A stretch of 64,000 nt of DNA. Origin: Hydrolagus affinis (lineage: Eukaryota). Shown here in pieces: positions 38,101-53,100 of the stretch (position 1 is its first letter; every line of letters begins with the position of its first letter). Both the position numbers and the translations under genes were made by a program. Under the pieces are notes generated by a model. The model did no database searches, was not told the origin of the DNA, and worked only from the letters and a program-made list of their open reading frames with translations. The stretch covers positions 1-64,000 of the forward strand of contig JAAILG010000654.1 of the NCBI GenBank assembly GCA_012026655.1, written 5' to 3'.

Positions 38101-41100
38101 AGATTTGTATTCTTTTCCAGAAGCTGATCTTCAAAGGAAGCAATAGTATAACATGCCAAGTCAGCATTCACCATTGTGTCCACGTACAGGAGCTGAGAGT
38201 CAAGGGTAGGTCAAAGACGGATGTAACCTGTCAATTTGTCACTGTGCTGTTCGCCTCATTCTCCTTAAACCTGACAGCAATCAAATACAGCTCCACGAGT
38301 CCTTTCACACCATCTCAAATAGCTCTACCTTTGTGGTTGCTGAGCAAAACCGTTCAACATTAAATAGAGAACACACCAGGTCCGGTAAGGCTGTGTTTCT
38401 ATACTATAAGAGCAACAACCCAATGTGGCAACTTTTAAATGGAATTCTTATAATGCATTGACAGAATCACATCCACTAATGGTTTGGCCACCTTTAACAA
38501 CAACAACTTAAACTTATAAAGCGCTTTTCACGTCGGGAGGACGTCCCAAGGCGCTGCAAGTTGCAAGTTGGAGTTGCTGTTAAGCCATTGTTTTCTTTAT
38601 GGGCTGAGTTGAGTGGTGCTGAGGTATTGCTCCTAAAGTTACTTAATTACAGTGGGACCTGCAAATCTGCAGACTTTACACCATGTTTACAGGCTGCTTG
38701 GAATATTTCTTCAAGCCTAAACTCGTCAAACAAATCTGGCAGTTTCACTTTTGCGCATTCGCACTCATTGCGAAAACAACTGATCAGATTTGCACACTCT
38801 AAATTACTTTTTATCGGTGATTTTGTTATAAACATATACCGGGTAAAGGTGCTCAGCACAAAATAATAAGGGGGTCAGTTTCATTCCCATTCATGAACAC
38901 GTATGACTTAGAAATTCACTCTCGACCTGTCCTATTTCACCTCCCCCGCCCCCTCCGCCCCCCTCCAAACATTTCCGGCTGCTCTTATGTGTTCCGTGAA
39001 TATTGGCAAGGCTGTACAATCACCACTGTCCTTGGGCAAGAACAGCTTCTTTGTCAAAGTAACAGAGGGTGCTGGTGTCAGTATCACTATATTCAGGACA
39101 AGTCTATCTTTAAGACAGGACGGCAGAAGAAAGGGTTACCAGGCTGACACTCTCGTTACAAACCTAACAGTTGAGGATGGGGGGTTGTCTATAAATGAGG
39201 ACATGTTCATGATGCTACAACAAGTACGTACTCGGATGCAATACCAGGTCCAGACAGAGGCAGCGAATAAGTGAGCAAGCGAGCGAGGGAGGGCTGCACA
39301 GACAGCACAGCTCATGGTAAAATACAGTCCTGAAATTCTTAAGGGCTGACTGAGTAGCAGTAACTCAATTGATGTATATGGTCCTGCCAAACTGAGGACA
39401 GGTTGATAGATACCATCTTCAGTCTCAGCTTTTAGTCACCCCGGACGCTCTTTAGTGTCTGACAGTATTACCCACACCCACATTATTGTTTAATTTCCAT
39501 TCACCGGATACATCTAAAAGGAGAATAAGGAATGAAATAGACATATCACCATCTACACAGGAATCCACTGTGTAATTATCACTCAAATGAGAATTAGGTT
39601 CCAGCTACTTATTAAATCATCCAAATGGTGCCAGAGTGAAGTTTCAGAGAAGAAAGTGCGTGGGCCATTTGACAATCGTTTTAAAACCTTTTTACTGTTA
39701 CAATTTGCAGGCGAATGAATGTAAGACAATGTAAGTGTGCAGCAAACAGCAACACCAGCCAACCATATGGGGCCTATCAAATATATCTAAATGCACAGAG
39801 CCATTGCACTCACTGTGGAGGCTAACAATCATACAAAAGAAAAGAACGATAATAAAGGACTCAGCAATACTTTTTCCCTCTTCTGATTTCCTCCTCTCGA
39901 ATGCCTCTCTCTCTTGCAAACAGTGACTCAGACCTAGTAATAGCAAGGTAGGTATATACACTTGGTATCGTACAGGGCTATTTCCACTTGAAATTCCTCA
40001 CGCTGATTCTCTCTTTCTTTCCGGGTCAGGCCCCATGGTAACAAAGAACATCCTTAGGGAGGAAAAATGAAAAACTGAACCAACACAAGTTGCTTCCAGT
40101 TATATCCTCGCGCCTGCTACAGAATAGGACTGGATCTCCCGAGAGTCAATTGAGATATTGTTCATGAGGAGATAATACACGGGTGGGGGGGGAACGATGT
40201 GCTGCGTCACTCAATCTTTCCATTGCTATTCACTTTGTTAATTCTCTCCATTGTTGTTGAACACATTGACTCTTTTTTTCCCCCCCCACTGTGCCTACCA
40301 TGCATACCATGCTATGATCTGATTTGGTGTAAGCGGGGTTGAATGTGTTCGGTAACTATTTTACAAGATAGCATCACGATTACACGATGGTGCTTATCAC
40401 GCAAACAGTCTCGCACTGATGGAGATTGCGGAGTTCTGTCACAGCGAGTCTCGCTTCAGCTGTTCCTGTGACAACAGGCTACAGAGGAAATTTATTACAA
40501 ATGACTAACTTAGCGAAAAAAAACAATGGTGGACAAACCTTTGAGAATCACCTTGATTTAGCTATACATTGGGAACAAGAAGTTACATTTGCACAGCGCC
40601 TTCCATCTCGGGAGGACATCTCAAGTCACTGAAACGTATGACACAACGCGAACAGCAACCAGAGATATAATGGAACATGAACATGGCAGCTGCAATCAGC
40701 CAAGTTACAGCTCGCAGATATATAGCCAGAACAGTGAGAACGACTGGCCAGACCACATAGTCTGACTCGTACACAGCGGAATTCCTCGAGAAATAGTAGG
40801 AAATTACTATGTTTCAGGAAATTAAACTTATCTTCCTGAAAGTCACTTCAACCAAACTGCGAACGATACACATTGCCACAAAAGTGTTCCCTTGCATACA
40901 GCTGCCAGGTCACATTACAGAACAGCACGAAAGGGAAAGCAATCTTCTCACATTTATCCTTCAATCCAATGTTGCACTCTCCAGGATCAAGTCAGATGTA
41001 CCAAAAACTCTGTGAATGCAACACTATAAATGACTCTTGAGATCTATTGGTAAATTTGCACTTAAAAATTAGAACAAGTTGATCTTCTTCACTTTTTATT

Positions 41101-41270
41101 CAGAATCCAATGTCTAGCAAGTGCTCTTTAATGTTCTTTCCTTAGCCTGAGTTATTTAGTGTATACTTAAATAATTTGGCCTAAGGGACTGAGGGAACAT
41201 CTTACACTGAGATTCCTTTACTGTGAGATTGGGTAGAAAGAAAATAAACCTCAGTTTCCGGTACAGTGTG

Positions 41271-41603
41271 AATTCCTGTAGCTCAGTGCGCTCGCCTCAC
41301 AAGCGAGAGACCTGGGTTTGATTCCTGCAGGGCGAAACGTTGGGCAAGTTTCCTTACTCTACACGGCTCTGTTACCTAGCAGTAAGTAGGAACCCGGACT
41401 TCAGTTGACTGATGGATTGCTTTTCCAAGGGTAATATTTCCTGACTGTTAGTGGGACACTGCTATGCACAATTGGCTGCCACGTTTCACCCACAAAATAT
41501 ACAATCATTTACTTTACAGTAAATTCTGCGAAGCGCTTTGAGACATCTTGAAGACATGATAAAGAGCTGTATCAAACACAATGATTATTATTATTATTAT
41601 TAT
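41271..41603 (+). mobile_element. tRNA/Deu SINE, long form
   Basis: cctgtagctcagtg...cctgggtttgattcc...tacctagcagtaagtaggaacc...gtgggacactgct...(tta)n. Confidence 0.87.
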
Positions 41604-42129
41604 TCATGTGACCCTGACATCACATAAACATGGGCTTGAGGGAACCCGTGTTTGCATCAGTGATGGAGAGGCATAAATGAAAATCGTGGCAATTGATTTT
41701 GCCGAGATAGAATTGTTCAACTAAAATAAATCTGAAATCAAAATGTTCCAAGCATTAGTTCAAGCTTGACTCCTGATGGTCATCTGGGAGCACGTACCTC
41801 CCCTCCCCCAGCCCAGAGTCAGACTCTGAATGTGATGAGAAGAGGTAGGTGGGTGAGGAGGGTGGGGGCAGGGCACTAGCCCTCAGCACAGAGGGAGTCC
41901 TCAATTTTCAAATGACATTCAATCTTAGGGGCTTCTTCCATGAACGGCTTCAATCCCAATAAAAACTCAATTCCCAGGAAGCTGGCTTTGACCCTCTGTT
42001 GCCATAGAAATGGAAGCCCTGCTTGCTGAATTAAATGGACCTTACACAGCTTTTGCAAGCAACAGTCAATTTTTTTAAAAAAACACAATTGTTAACGTTC
42101 TTCCTTACGTTCCTGAAAGGACTGACCCA

Positions 42130-42450
42130 CGCTGGCAATGCCAACCACCCCCCACATCCCCCCCAAGGGCCTTGTGCAAGTGGCTATTTCTTCCGTGGGA
42201 CCGAGGCTGTGAGTGTTTAGCAGGACTAGTGACCGTGACAGACATCACAGCAACATTCATACATGCCAACTTTCCAACAGGGTCTTAGTGGATAGGAAAC
42301 AGTAGGGTAGAACTCTGGATGATTCCCCTTCCGAGCCTGGGAGCCCCCGAAGCCAATTGTGCGAGTGCCAACTGAGATCAGCTAACTCAGAACAGACTGG
42401 AATTGAACCTAATCTCTGTGCTTTGTGCTACGTGGTTCTATTACTCACAG
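42130..42450 (-). mobile_element. AmnSINE2-like SINE relic
   Basis: caagtggctatttcttc...gccaattgt...ctgagatcagctaactcag...gaattgaacct. Confidence 0.6.
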
Positions 42451-45400
42451 AAGGAGGAGCTAAGGATTTCTTTTTAATACACATGAGGATTTAAAACATG
42501 AAAGAAATTTATTAGACCTACCATCTCTGTTTCAGGTGACTGATGGGAGAGAAAGAAAAGCATTCTTTCCCCCCCAAAAAAACAATAAATCCAATATAGC
42601 ACAAAGCACAATTCTATAGAATTTCTTGTTTGTATTTACAATGAAAAGCAGCGTCCAAAAGAGGAAAGTCTTTTGGAGCTCAGACGTGTTCCGAGCCACC
42701 GTTTTCGTGGCTGTAGAATGAAGGGACTGTGGTAAGCTTGGAGCAAGGCAGGTACCTCATTGTAACTAAATCCATCAAAAAAAATGGCTTGCTCACTGTA
42801 AGCAGCCTGTGCTATTAAAACAGAGAGAGAGAGAGAGAGAGAAAATCAACTTTTACAATGCTTTCTGCTAAACCATGATTTTCTCACAAGGCAAACACAA
42901 CGCAAGGCTACCCTACCAACTGAACTGAATTCAAAAGTCAAGCTCAAACTACACAGACCCAGGAAATGGCTTATTCCCTACATTTCAGGTTAGCACAATA
43001 TAAGCGGTGCACCCAAAATTTAGAGGGAGTGCAATGGGGAGAGCAACGAGGCGATCCTGTAGCATTACAAAGATAAGCTTTGGGGAATGACTAGATGAGC
43101 TGCAGCTCTTCAACCTTGAAACGCAGAGTCTCAAAGGCGACTTTGCACAAAGAAAGCAAATCCACAGCAATACTTTCAGATACAACAAGGCAACAGAACA
43201 AAAAGTCGTATGTTCTAAGGTGTGAAGGACAAATTTAAGCAGACAAAAGGAAGTATTTTCCAAACTCGCAAACTTAATTTTCTATTTCGATAGGACGACC
43301 GAAAGACACGCGTTGGGTTTTCAGTGGGCTCCCCATGTATCACCTTCCTGTTGTTAACCCATGCTCTGCCCTTTCAGTTACACAACCACAAGTATTTGGG
43401 AACCAGGAAATGTTGGAAATCAGGCGAGACTTTCAGTTAAGTCAATAATGGGTTAAGAGGTTACGCAAACCCTAGTGCCCTGTCAGCGCTGGAACATTAC
43501 ACCACTTTACTGCTGGCACGTTCCTTAAATAGGAAAAGATTCTGTTTTGGAAGGAAAATTATTGCCTCTGATCTAGGAGCTGAATTAAATGCCTTTTGGT
43601 TTTGTGAATAACCACAAGGATCTTTCTCCCCTGGTGAAAAAAATGCACTAGTGAGAGCTCCTGGCATTTCTATCATCTCTCTCTGTGTGTTGCTATCTGT
43701 GCTATTTTGCAAAGTGAAAACAGCAAACACAGCACTACCTTTGGTTTATAGAAAATACCCAGTTAATCCATTTTGCAGCAAATCCTGTGATTCTCTTTGA
43801 GACCTACCCCCCAACGTGAAATATGTTATATCAAACATAAGGATTATTATTTTTTTCAAACCTTCAGTGGCCCTGGCTGTGGTTTTCTGCACGGATCACA
43901 GACCGTGGAAAGGATCAGTTTTTCTGTCATTTCTAAATTTCAAAAATTTCTGTCAAATTGTCTCCCTTTCTGAAGACTAGGACCGTCTCTTGGGTAAGGT
44001 TTCTCAGGAGCCTAGAAACCCCAAATGCCTTGTGCACTTGTCCATTCTTCGTGTGTAAGTCTAAAAAATAATAATTAAGATAATGATAATCCTCGCATTT
44101 GATATCGCGCCTTATCACGTCTTCGACACGTCTCAAAGCGCTCTATGGAATATACTGTAAAGTGAATCGACTATATTTTGTGAGCGAAGACTAGACTCTC
44201 GTGTCAACAGGCTGACTACGGAATGTGATCACAGCTGAACCTGGTGCTGTCCTGTATAGAATTTACATTTTATAACAATCAGGAGCAAGAATTGTGGCTG
44301 ATGTTTCCATTCCAGAGACTAAGATCTCAAATCTGCCCTGGCCAGAGAGCAGTTAATTCAGGTCAGATCCGATTCAGAGCCCACAAACATCTTCTGCTCT
44401 GAGGCCCAGGGCTACACTCGTCTTTATGCACTTGGCCATCAGGATAGCCTGCTCATAGTTGTTACATTTGGGTTCAAATGTCTTTATAAACACATTTTTG
44501 TGGTGAATCTGACCTAAACTGTTGCCTATGGTTACAGCACAATAAGATTGGACAGACAGCGAGAGAGAGAGAGAGAGAGAGAGAAACAGAGTCCTATAAG
44601 GAATATTCAACAAAAGATGTGCTTACCCGGAGTCCATTTATTGCCATTGATGCATTGATGCAAAGGTATTATTATAAGAACAATAATCCTTGCATTTACG
44701 TCACCATTCGCGCCAGGACGATGTCTCAAAGAGGGTGTTTCTTCGTAGGGTTTACTGTGAATAGCGGTCACTGTGTATTTTGTGGATGAACACAGTGGCC
44801 AATTTCCGCACGGCCACATCCCACAAACAAATAAATGACCGATTTTATCTGGGGGAATCTTGGATATTCTTCATGAAATCAGGAGAGGCCACAGGCATGT
44901 AATATTCCCTCATTATCTCTGTTCTTTGTGGGTTAGAAAACTGTCTCTGAATTTGTATACCAGCCTCAGTGGTGTTGGTTGTACAATATATTCCAGATGA
45001 GTTTTTAGCGAAGGGCTACACTGAGTGATGTACAATCACCAAGCTTTCTCCTACAATCGTCTGTTCCATATGTTGAAGCATTTCACTAAAACAATAATCA
45101 CAGCTGGATTTCACATTGTATTCCAAGAGCAGATTTCAATTAACTCCAATTATAGGCCATTTTCCTAAGTGTTACCATCTCGAACCACTGAGGGAGGTGA
45201 TGTGTTTTGAGAATGGGAATCAGGAAACTGGGGAATGGAGCTAAGGCTAGACACTAGTTTGTATCCGTTTGTACAACTGGATGTTTCTCCTGGTGTCCTG
45301 GCTAACAAGCAGGGTGATTCCCTCTGGGGAGAGAGTGCACACTCCAACACCAGATAAATGGAAACCATATACAGTACATATATATACAGAATAAGGAACT

Positions 45401-46369
45401 ATCAGTACTTTGGTTAGGAGACTCTTAGTGATGGGATTCTGGTGATGGGATTCTGTTTATATCAGATTCCTGGCTAACCACCAAATAATCAGGGACAGAG
45501 TTCACTGAGAACAAAAAGAGTAATAAACACTTGGTAATGAAACAAAGGATAATTCTCAAGGTTTAAAACCTTTCAGCATTCGAATTTTAACACGGTTTTA
45601 TCAATATTTGATGTTAGTTGTTTCAGCTGGAGATTTAGGAGCAAAGGATAGTGAAAAGCTAAGTGTTACTCCTTTAAGACAATGAAAAAATGTAAATCAG
45701 TCAATCTGAATTATTATTACTTTTACTTTAATGTCTTTGCTCTACATCACATCTGTGCTATCTGCAACGCGCCTTAATTATTAGGCACTTATAAATTCAG
45801 ATACCAAACTTTCGCACCATATTCAAGTATATAATGAGGATTTTATGATGCACTCAAAGAGCGTTAAGAATGAACAAACACTCAACACTCAATACATTGC
45901 TTTAACTCGGCTTCACAGTGCAGCATTCACCATTAAGAATTTATTGGAAATAATTACACCCCAGATTTCATTAAAGTTGAGCGATTTAGGTTTTGAAAGC
46001 CGAAAACTCATTCCATACTTAAAGACGGAAATGAAGGTCTTCCCTTTTGTTAACGCCCATGCCATATGTTTCCTTTCTCTCACCAGACTACACTCTGCAC
46101 AACAAAGGTGTTTGCTTCCCAATACCACTCCCACCAACTCCTGTTTGTTTTGCAGACATTTACATTAAATCCTCAGTTCAGACTCCAGATTCCCACTCAA
46201 ATGTCATGTCTCGTTTTATTAATCCAATTCTATCTCAAGACTGGCCACAAACAGTGCCGAGTCTGCTTCCCAGCTTAGCGTTCCTTAGCACCAGCTGGGC
46301 AGTGAATTGAACAAAATAATATTAATATTAGTATAATATTACCCATACCCACATCTCACTGGGTCTGAT

Positions 46370-46660
46370 CAGGCTCCACTGGCTCCCCATCACCAAACGG
46401 ATCAACTTCAAGATCCTCATCCTCGTGTTCAACTCCCTTCACTCCCTGGCACCTCCCGACCTCTCTGACCGTCTCACTCTCCAATCCATCCCACCGGCTT
46501 CCTGCTCGTCCCTCGTAACCTCCGCTCCACTAACGAAGGTTGCGCTTGTTAGCCACTACGCCCCTCAAACTCTGGACCATTCTTCCTCACTCCCACTGCC
46601 TTCCCCGCTCCCTCCCCTTCTTCCAAGTGCAGCCTGAAAACCTTCCTTCTACAGACATGC
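46370..46660 (+). mobile_element. L2 LINE ORF2 3' fragment
   Basis: LHWLPITKRINFKILILVFNSLHSLAPPDLSD, the L2 hallmark LHWLP...FKIL motif. Confidence 0.9.
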
Positions 46661-47962
46661 ACACACAGTTGATGGACGAGCTTTTGATGATGTGTCTCCA
46701 TATTGCAAATTGAATCGGGATGGCAGGATGTGGGAGGGGAGGTTCACCTTGGTTCAAAACAAAACCGGGACCACTTCACTGATCCCTCCTGTTTGGTGAA
46801 ATTCTCCAGTTCCAGACAAAATTCATAGCAGCAAGTCTCGGATTCCAAACTGCTCTCTTGATGTGCGCGCACAGCACTGGCTCTCTCCTGGGTCCTATTC
46901 ACCTCAAATGCTGTGAGCCAAGTAGACAAGTCATTGTTCAGCAGAGTTTGTTCTTTGGGCTGTTTCATGGGAAGGAGGGTGTGTGTGTGTGTGTGTGGAG
47001 GGGGTAGTGAGGGTGCAATATTCACATTATAGGGTTTCATTCTAACCAGCACGCAGGCTATTGTGACGGCAGAGTGAATGGGTTTGTTTAATGGGAACCA
47101 ACAGCTGTAAAATCAGCTCTGCCTGTTACCAGTGTTTGTGTTTTCAGATGTTTCATGGAAGGTTAGAAGTGCCTGGCTTTCCTCTGTTTTACAGTGGCTG
47201 ACCCTTGCACAGAAGCCGCGGAGACAGAGCAGCAGACAATAGCGCCTGCAGATGCTTCTATCCTCAGCAAGCTGCAGCTCACACTCAGGGTATTCAGTGT
47301 CTAGGAGTTGGCAGCTGCCCCATTCATCGGTGGGGACAGGACCCTAAGATTCCGTTAAATACAGCGGTTTGTTCTGTAGGTCTTCGGCCAAGGGGTCGGT
47401 AGGGTGACAGGGGCTTAAAGTGAAAATTTACTCCCTGTGTAACACAGTGACTTCCTCACCAAGGACAGCTGCACCCTGCGTCTGGAGTGTAACGTTTTCG
47501 AAGAGAACTGGAGACTTCCCCCCCCCAACCCCCACCCACCGCCACCCAAGTCAAAACAAATGTCCCAAGATTCGCTTTCCACTTCACAGCACCTCAGGAA
47601 GCGATTAACACCAAGCATCTAGAGTCAGGAAATCCCTGACTGCACCTATTTGCATTAACGTCTCTCTCTTTCCTCCCCGCACCTCTCGTCCTCCCCCCAC
47701 CCTCCCCCACAGGTAGCCAGGATCATGTTAACTCATGTCTGCTTGAAACACTGACTCCTTCATTGCTGACCAGTGCCAACTGTTCCCTGCACCTGTAACT
47801 GCTGATAAAGTTCAGCAGTTGTTTCATTTTGAAACTGAGTGGGTGTGTGGCCCACTCAGTGGTTTGCAGCTGACATATATATTGTGTGAACAATGATGAA
47901 TGTTATAAGCATTTTCTTCACAGAGACCGTACATCCATTTTGTGTTACGAAGATGTTTGCGT

Positions 47963-48280
47963 ATAATTAATCCTTGCATTTTGATATAGCGCTTTTCACA
48001 TCTTATCAACGTCTCAGAGCGCTTCACAGAATATACTGTAAAGTGAACTGACTGTATATTTGTCGGCGAAACACTGGAGCCAATTGCGCTCAGTGGTGTC
48101 CCACAAACAATCGTAGATTGAAATGAGCAATTTTTATTATTGTGTTTTTTTTTGGAGGGATTATTATTAGGCGTGTGGAGTAAGGAAACTTGGCCAAGGT
48201 TTCGCCCTGATCTGCCTGGATTCAAACACAGGTCTCACGGTTGTAAGGCGAGTGCTTTAACCGCTGAGCCACAGGAGCTC
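47963..48280 (-). mobile_element. tRNA/Deu SINE, short form
   Basis: Same head, body and tail as the 29583-29880 copy. Confidence 0.88.
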
Positions 48281-48684
48281 CTTAGACAATATATACATGT
48301 ATATATAAAAGAGAATATAACGTACGTGTTCTCAATAGGCTCTGCTCAGTCTTAGCTGGTAAGTTCATTTTCTCTTAATAATGAACCCTGTGATAGAAAT
48401 TAGGAAAATTCTTAAATTCAGTCATAATTTTGATGACGGATCTTTTTGAGAACTGAGGATTTGCAACAGGGAATGAATTTAAGAATTTTCCACAACTCCA
48501 CACAATCTTAAATTTGAAGACAAAATAGCCCTAAAGGCTAAATGGAATTTCAAGCCTGATATGCATGAGCATCAGTCACAGACAAGATATTGGTTTGTGC
48601 TGTAAGATTATTTTGTCAAAAAATTGAATCCTGTCACAGAAATAAGGAAAATTAATCCTTTCTGTGATAGGGAGCCAGTGGAGA

Positions 48685-49082
48685 CTTACCAGGCTCCGCA
48701 GGCTTCATATTGCAGAACAGATTGACTTAAAGATCATTCACACTCATCTACAAATCCCTTCACACCCTGGCATCTCCCTATCTTTCTGACCTATTTACTC
48801 TCCACTCGACTGCCTCCGCTCCACTGGCTCCTGCTTGTCCCTCATCCTCTCTGCTCCACCATCGGCTGCCGTGTTCTCAGCCACTACACCTGAAACTTTA
48901 GAACTCTCTCCCTCCACCTTGCCCCCTCTTTTCCCTTTTTTTTCCGATTACACCTGAAGACCTTCAACCATGATTATGGTTACTCCCTCCCTCCCACCCC
49001 CCAGCTCGGGCCAGGCTCCGCCACTGTGATGTGCTCCAAGACTCTATACAATGTAAAGCACTCTATATAAAAAAAAGTTGTA
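48685..49082 (+). mobile_element. L2 LINE 3' fragment
   Basis: Degenerate homolog of 46370-46660, ending in a tail gtaaagcactctatataa...gttgt. Confidence 0.75.
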
Positions 49083-50914
49083 AAGTCCACTTTGCTCACA
49101 TCAGTGTGAGAAGCACGAAATTCCATTGAAGCATAGAATGAAAAATCCAACATTAATGTTCAACCCAAGCACCAGTTCTCCTATCACTGCTTTCTGTCCT
49201 GCAGTGATGGCCAGGTCTTCTTCACTGTTCAGTTTACATTCCAGACAGGAGCCTGTTTGAGCCAACTAAATACACCGAGGCCAATACTGTGTGCTCAGCT
49301 GATCAATCAAAAACAAGGTAGGTTTGTGCATTTTTTTTACTCTCAGTTTATTCTAAGACCTGGGTTCCAATCTTCGCAAGGCAAGACATGCCAAGCTTTG
49401 CCCCAGTCTGAAAAGCCGCATTTTCTGAAGGAACTAAGCATTCTGTGTGCAAAGATTTATTCATGTTAGTTTTATCACCAGCTTGATATTTCTCACCCCG
49501 TTGCCACTCCGGGCAACAGTAATGCACACTGCATGAATAACGAAGAATTTTACATGCTTAAAAGCAAATTCTACCATTCATTTCGGGCTCAATTATGTCA
49601 GTGATCTGTAAAGGTGAAATTGAGGTATGCAAGCCAGGAAAGTCCCACGTTTGATATGCAGTGTTAATATCCATTTAATCTCTACTGCGGCAGCAATAGT
49701 TGTCAATTGGCTTGAACTCCCCTGAGCTAGGCAGAGAGAATATTGTGGGCGAGACGGAGAGGGAGAAGAGAATAATAACTATAATCCTTGCATTTGAATA
49801 AATTTGTTTTAAAATTCGCCTAATCCACATTTGGTCAACAGGTCTGAAATTGTGATCAAATCACTATTTATTCTGAATTGAGCAGTCTATCAGCGAGAAC
49901 CAATAACAATTACTTGCATTTATTTAACACCTCTCACTCAGGGTAGCGTCCCAGAGGACTTGATGGGGAGTCATGCAGGCACCCCTCACACACTGCCATT
50001 GCTGTCAATAATCTAATCTGAAGCTGTCTCCCTTGATTGAAAATTTGCCTGTTCTCCATAATTTTCACATGAATCTCATTCAAAAACTTGATCCTTGTAC
50101 AAATAGCAATAAAATGCACTAACTTCACCTTATCAGAAGGTCCTCCCTCTTGGGAGAGAATTAACAGACCAGTGAGACTCTTTGGAAACACATTCTTTCA
50201 TTCTCCCTTTCCCCAATTCTGTCTCAGCTACTGTCTGGGTTGACCTGCAGTAACCTTTCTCTCCAACCATCTGTGCTTCCTCGATCCAGTTCCATATGCA
50301 ATTTCTCAACCAATGACTCGGTGTCCCATCTGCTACCTGTCAGTATTGTGGCCATCCTCCTGCCTGCTGTGAAGGTTCCTGACACACCCACAAACTTCCC
50401 ATCAATTAATCTAAGCACAGTTTACCAAAACGATCACCTTCGGTGATTTGGAAGTTTTTACTGCAAAGGTTGAGAGCTGGAGGAAGCTTTTGCCAGAGTT
50501 CCCGACTTGTGTTGTAATGAGGTTTTTTTTTCTCCCATGTGGGAAGTGAGCTGATGCACCTTTGAGCTTCCGCACTAAGGGACGTTTAATAGCCAGTTAA
50601 TCTCTTATGATCGACTGCCGTTTGTCAAAGTCCATGAAAGAAAGTTTGGTGAAGCAAGGCGTAAGAGCCCAGTGTTTAAGTGCCTCATGACCCAGCCCCA
50701 TTAACACAAACAATGGTTTTACTGTTGCATCTGTTCACTGATGTGTTGCTTCATCTCTTCGCGGAGAGTGCTGCCCATTGGTGCACAGAGACCTGCTGTA
50801 ATATTCTCTTCCACATGAACATTTGCAGAATAGGTGAGGAGTTCTGTTGCAGATACACTTCATAATGGGGTAAAAAGTACCGTATACCATAGAACCACAG
50901 TAAATTACCATGGA

Positions 50915-51270
50915 GCCTATCATACCTGTGTTTGCTCTCTGAAGAAACTATCCATTTAGAGCCATTCTCTTGCCTGTCTCCACGACATCTTTTATCGTTC
51001 TCTTTTTCAGATATTTAGTTATTATTAGATATTTATCCATTTCCTTCTTAAGAGCATATATGGACTTTGCTTCAATCACAGTGCCATGCAGGGCATTCCA
51101 TCTCCTAATAGCCTCGGTGTAAAAGGAATTCTCCTAACCTTTCCCTTTGTTCTTTGGGAAATCACCTTAAATCTCTGGTCCTCTAGTCACTGGCTCACTG
51201 ACCAGTGGAGATAATTTCAGCCCATTTTATCAAAACCCCTCATAATCTTAAAACCAGCTCCATTTTCTCC
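50915..51270 (-). mobile_element. CR1 LINE 3' relic
   Basis: Homologous to 14560-14960 (gcattcca...ttctcct...ttaaatctctgg...accagtgga...cataatctta). Confidence 0.7.
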
Positions 51271-52839
51271 AAATTCGCATCCTTGTATATCAAATTTGTA
51301 TCCGTTTGAATGTGCTTTCAGGCATCTTTCCCCTCCCCACCTCCCAGATCGGCTCTGCTGTCCAGACAAGCTCTTTGAGGCACCTTCCCGAAGTGAAAAT
51401 GCTATATAAATGTAAATTGTACTTGTAGCAGGATTTGTAAATATCGAATCCTTTGGGAAATGGGATGCACATTATGTTGACCCACAAGATTTACATATAC
51501 AGTATTTACAAACCCCTTGTGAATAATGCATTTTCTCCCCGATGGAGAAGTCAGGCTCCCAAAGCCATTTTTTGCCTGACACAGTGACGTTAAATCGAGA
51601 TCTTGTCGGTCTGTTTAGGTGGATGTCAAAGCTCCCGAAACACTGTTAGTAAAGAGGAGAGTTTCCCCTATTACTCTGGCCAAAAATCCCCCAGGCAAAT
51701 TAATCATTCAAGTCTTGGCTGTTTGTGGGCATATTGATTTTGAGCAAATTGACTACTGCGTTCATCTCCAACTACAGTCACAACACCACTTTGCAATGCC
51801 CTGTGAAGCATTTTGAGATATTCCAAATACAAGCCTGGATTTGTACAGAGGTCTTTTTCTATAAGTGGCTCGGTTTTCAGACCCTGTTATCAGTTAACAA
51901 GATGTCTTGCAGAGCAAAAAAAATACATTTGTCGGAATCTGGAGCGCTCCTCAAAGCACTTTACGGGAATTACCGCAAAGTGAAGTGACTGTACTTTATA
52001 GGCGAACCCGGCAGCCAATTTGCGCACAGCAACCTCCCACAAACAGGCATGAAGTTTATGATCGAGAGCAGTTCAAAGAGAATGGGCTGGGAGTAATAGT
52101 TCAGTGAGTTTATTCAACGATACAGATCGATTAAATTACATATTCCCTCCCTCCCTCCTGTGCTGAGTCAGTTGATTTCAGTTGGAATCTGATAGGAGCA
52201 CCACAAACTACTCCTGGGTTAGAGAAGGGAAAATCAGATGGGGCTGATCTCATCTGACATCTCCTCTCATTTTGACTCCCATCTAACAGAGTATAAGGGA
52301 AAGAAGGGATTTCAGCTGGGGAACAGAATCTCTAAAAAAAAATATTCTCCACCATCTCCAGTATGAAAGCATGACTTAGTTCCTGACTCAGATCACATTT
52401 CACAACCGTTCTACCCAACATCAAGGGAATCAATCTGTCCCATGGGAATGTCTGATCACCTCAGGCTACACCTACACCTGGTGAACACTGAAAGTGACCA
52501 TCTGGTCAGCCAGCACCAGCGCTGACACCATTGATGTCGCGGCACCTGAGGGAAAACTGGAATCAAGCTCATAAACTCCGCGCGCACAATAAAGCATAAT
52601 CAATCCACTGTGCCGTGCTGCACGGATTTCAAAGTTTAATCTAATCTCAGGGTTGCAGCAACTTGCAATTTATTATAGATTCAGAATGTTATGAAGTCTA
52701 ACTGCTTCCAGGTATCCATTACAGCCCAGATAGCAGTAGCTTGTGATCTCACCGAACATTATTATTTACTCTTGCTGCTATTCACTGGGTGAGGCTGATG
52801 ATTATCTTAGCCTAATGCAAACCATTGCTCTCAGTAAAC

Positions 52840-53100
52840 CTGCCACAGCCTCTCCAAATGGCTCGGTTGCTGAAAGCCATGACCAATGTACAAATGAGCC
52901 ACACAGAATCAGGAAGGTTTTGATTCCGTGCCTGTTCTTAGCTGTAGTGGTGGTGGTGGTGATGGTAGGGACATTTGCAAATGGCCTGACAGGTGGGGTT
53001 TGAGTTAAGGGCATCCACCCTACATTCCTATCTTGTGATGGCTGTTCGAAAGCGTGCGAGTTTCAAAATCATTAGAATTGGACTCAGGGTTGCAATCTTC
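52840..53100 (+). mobile_element. Ancient tRNA-SINE relic, AmnSINE2-like
   Basis: ggctcggttgc...gagccacacagaatcaggaaggttttgattccgtgcctg...ttagctg shares motifs with about ten other degraded copies in the window. Confidence 0.5.

Noticed and set aside
30928-39994. Identical 14-mer tttccacttgaaat at 30928 and 39981
   Set aside because: Several 14-mer coincidences are expected by chance in 64 kb.
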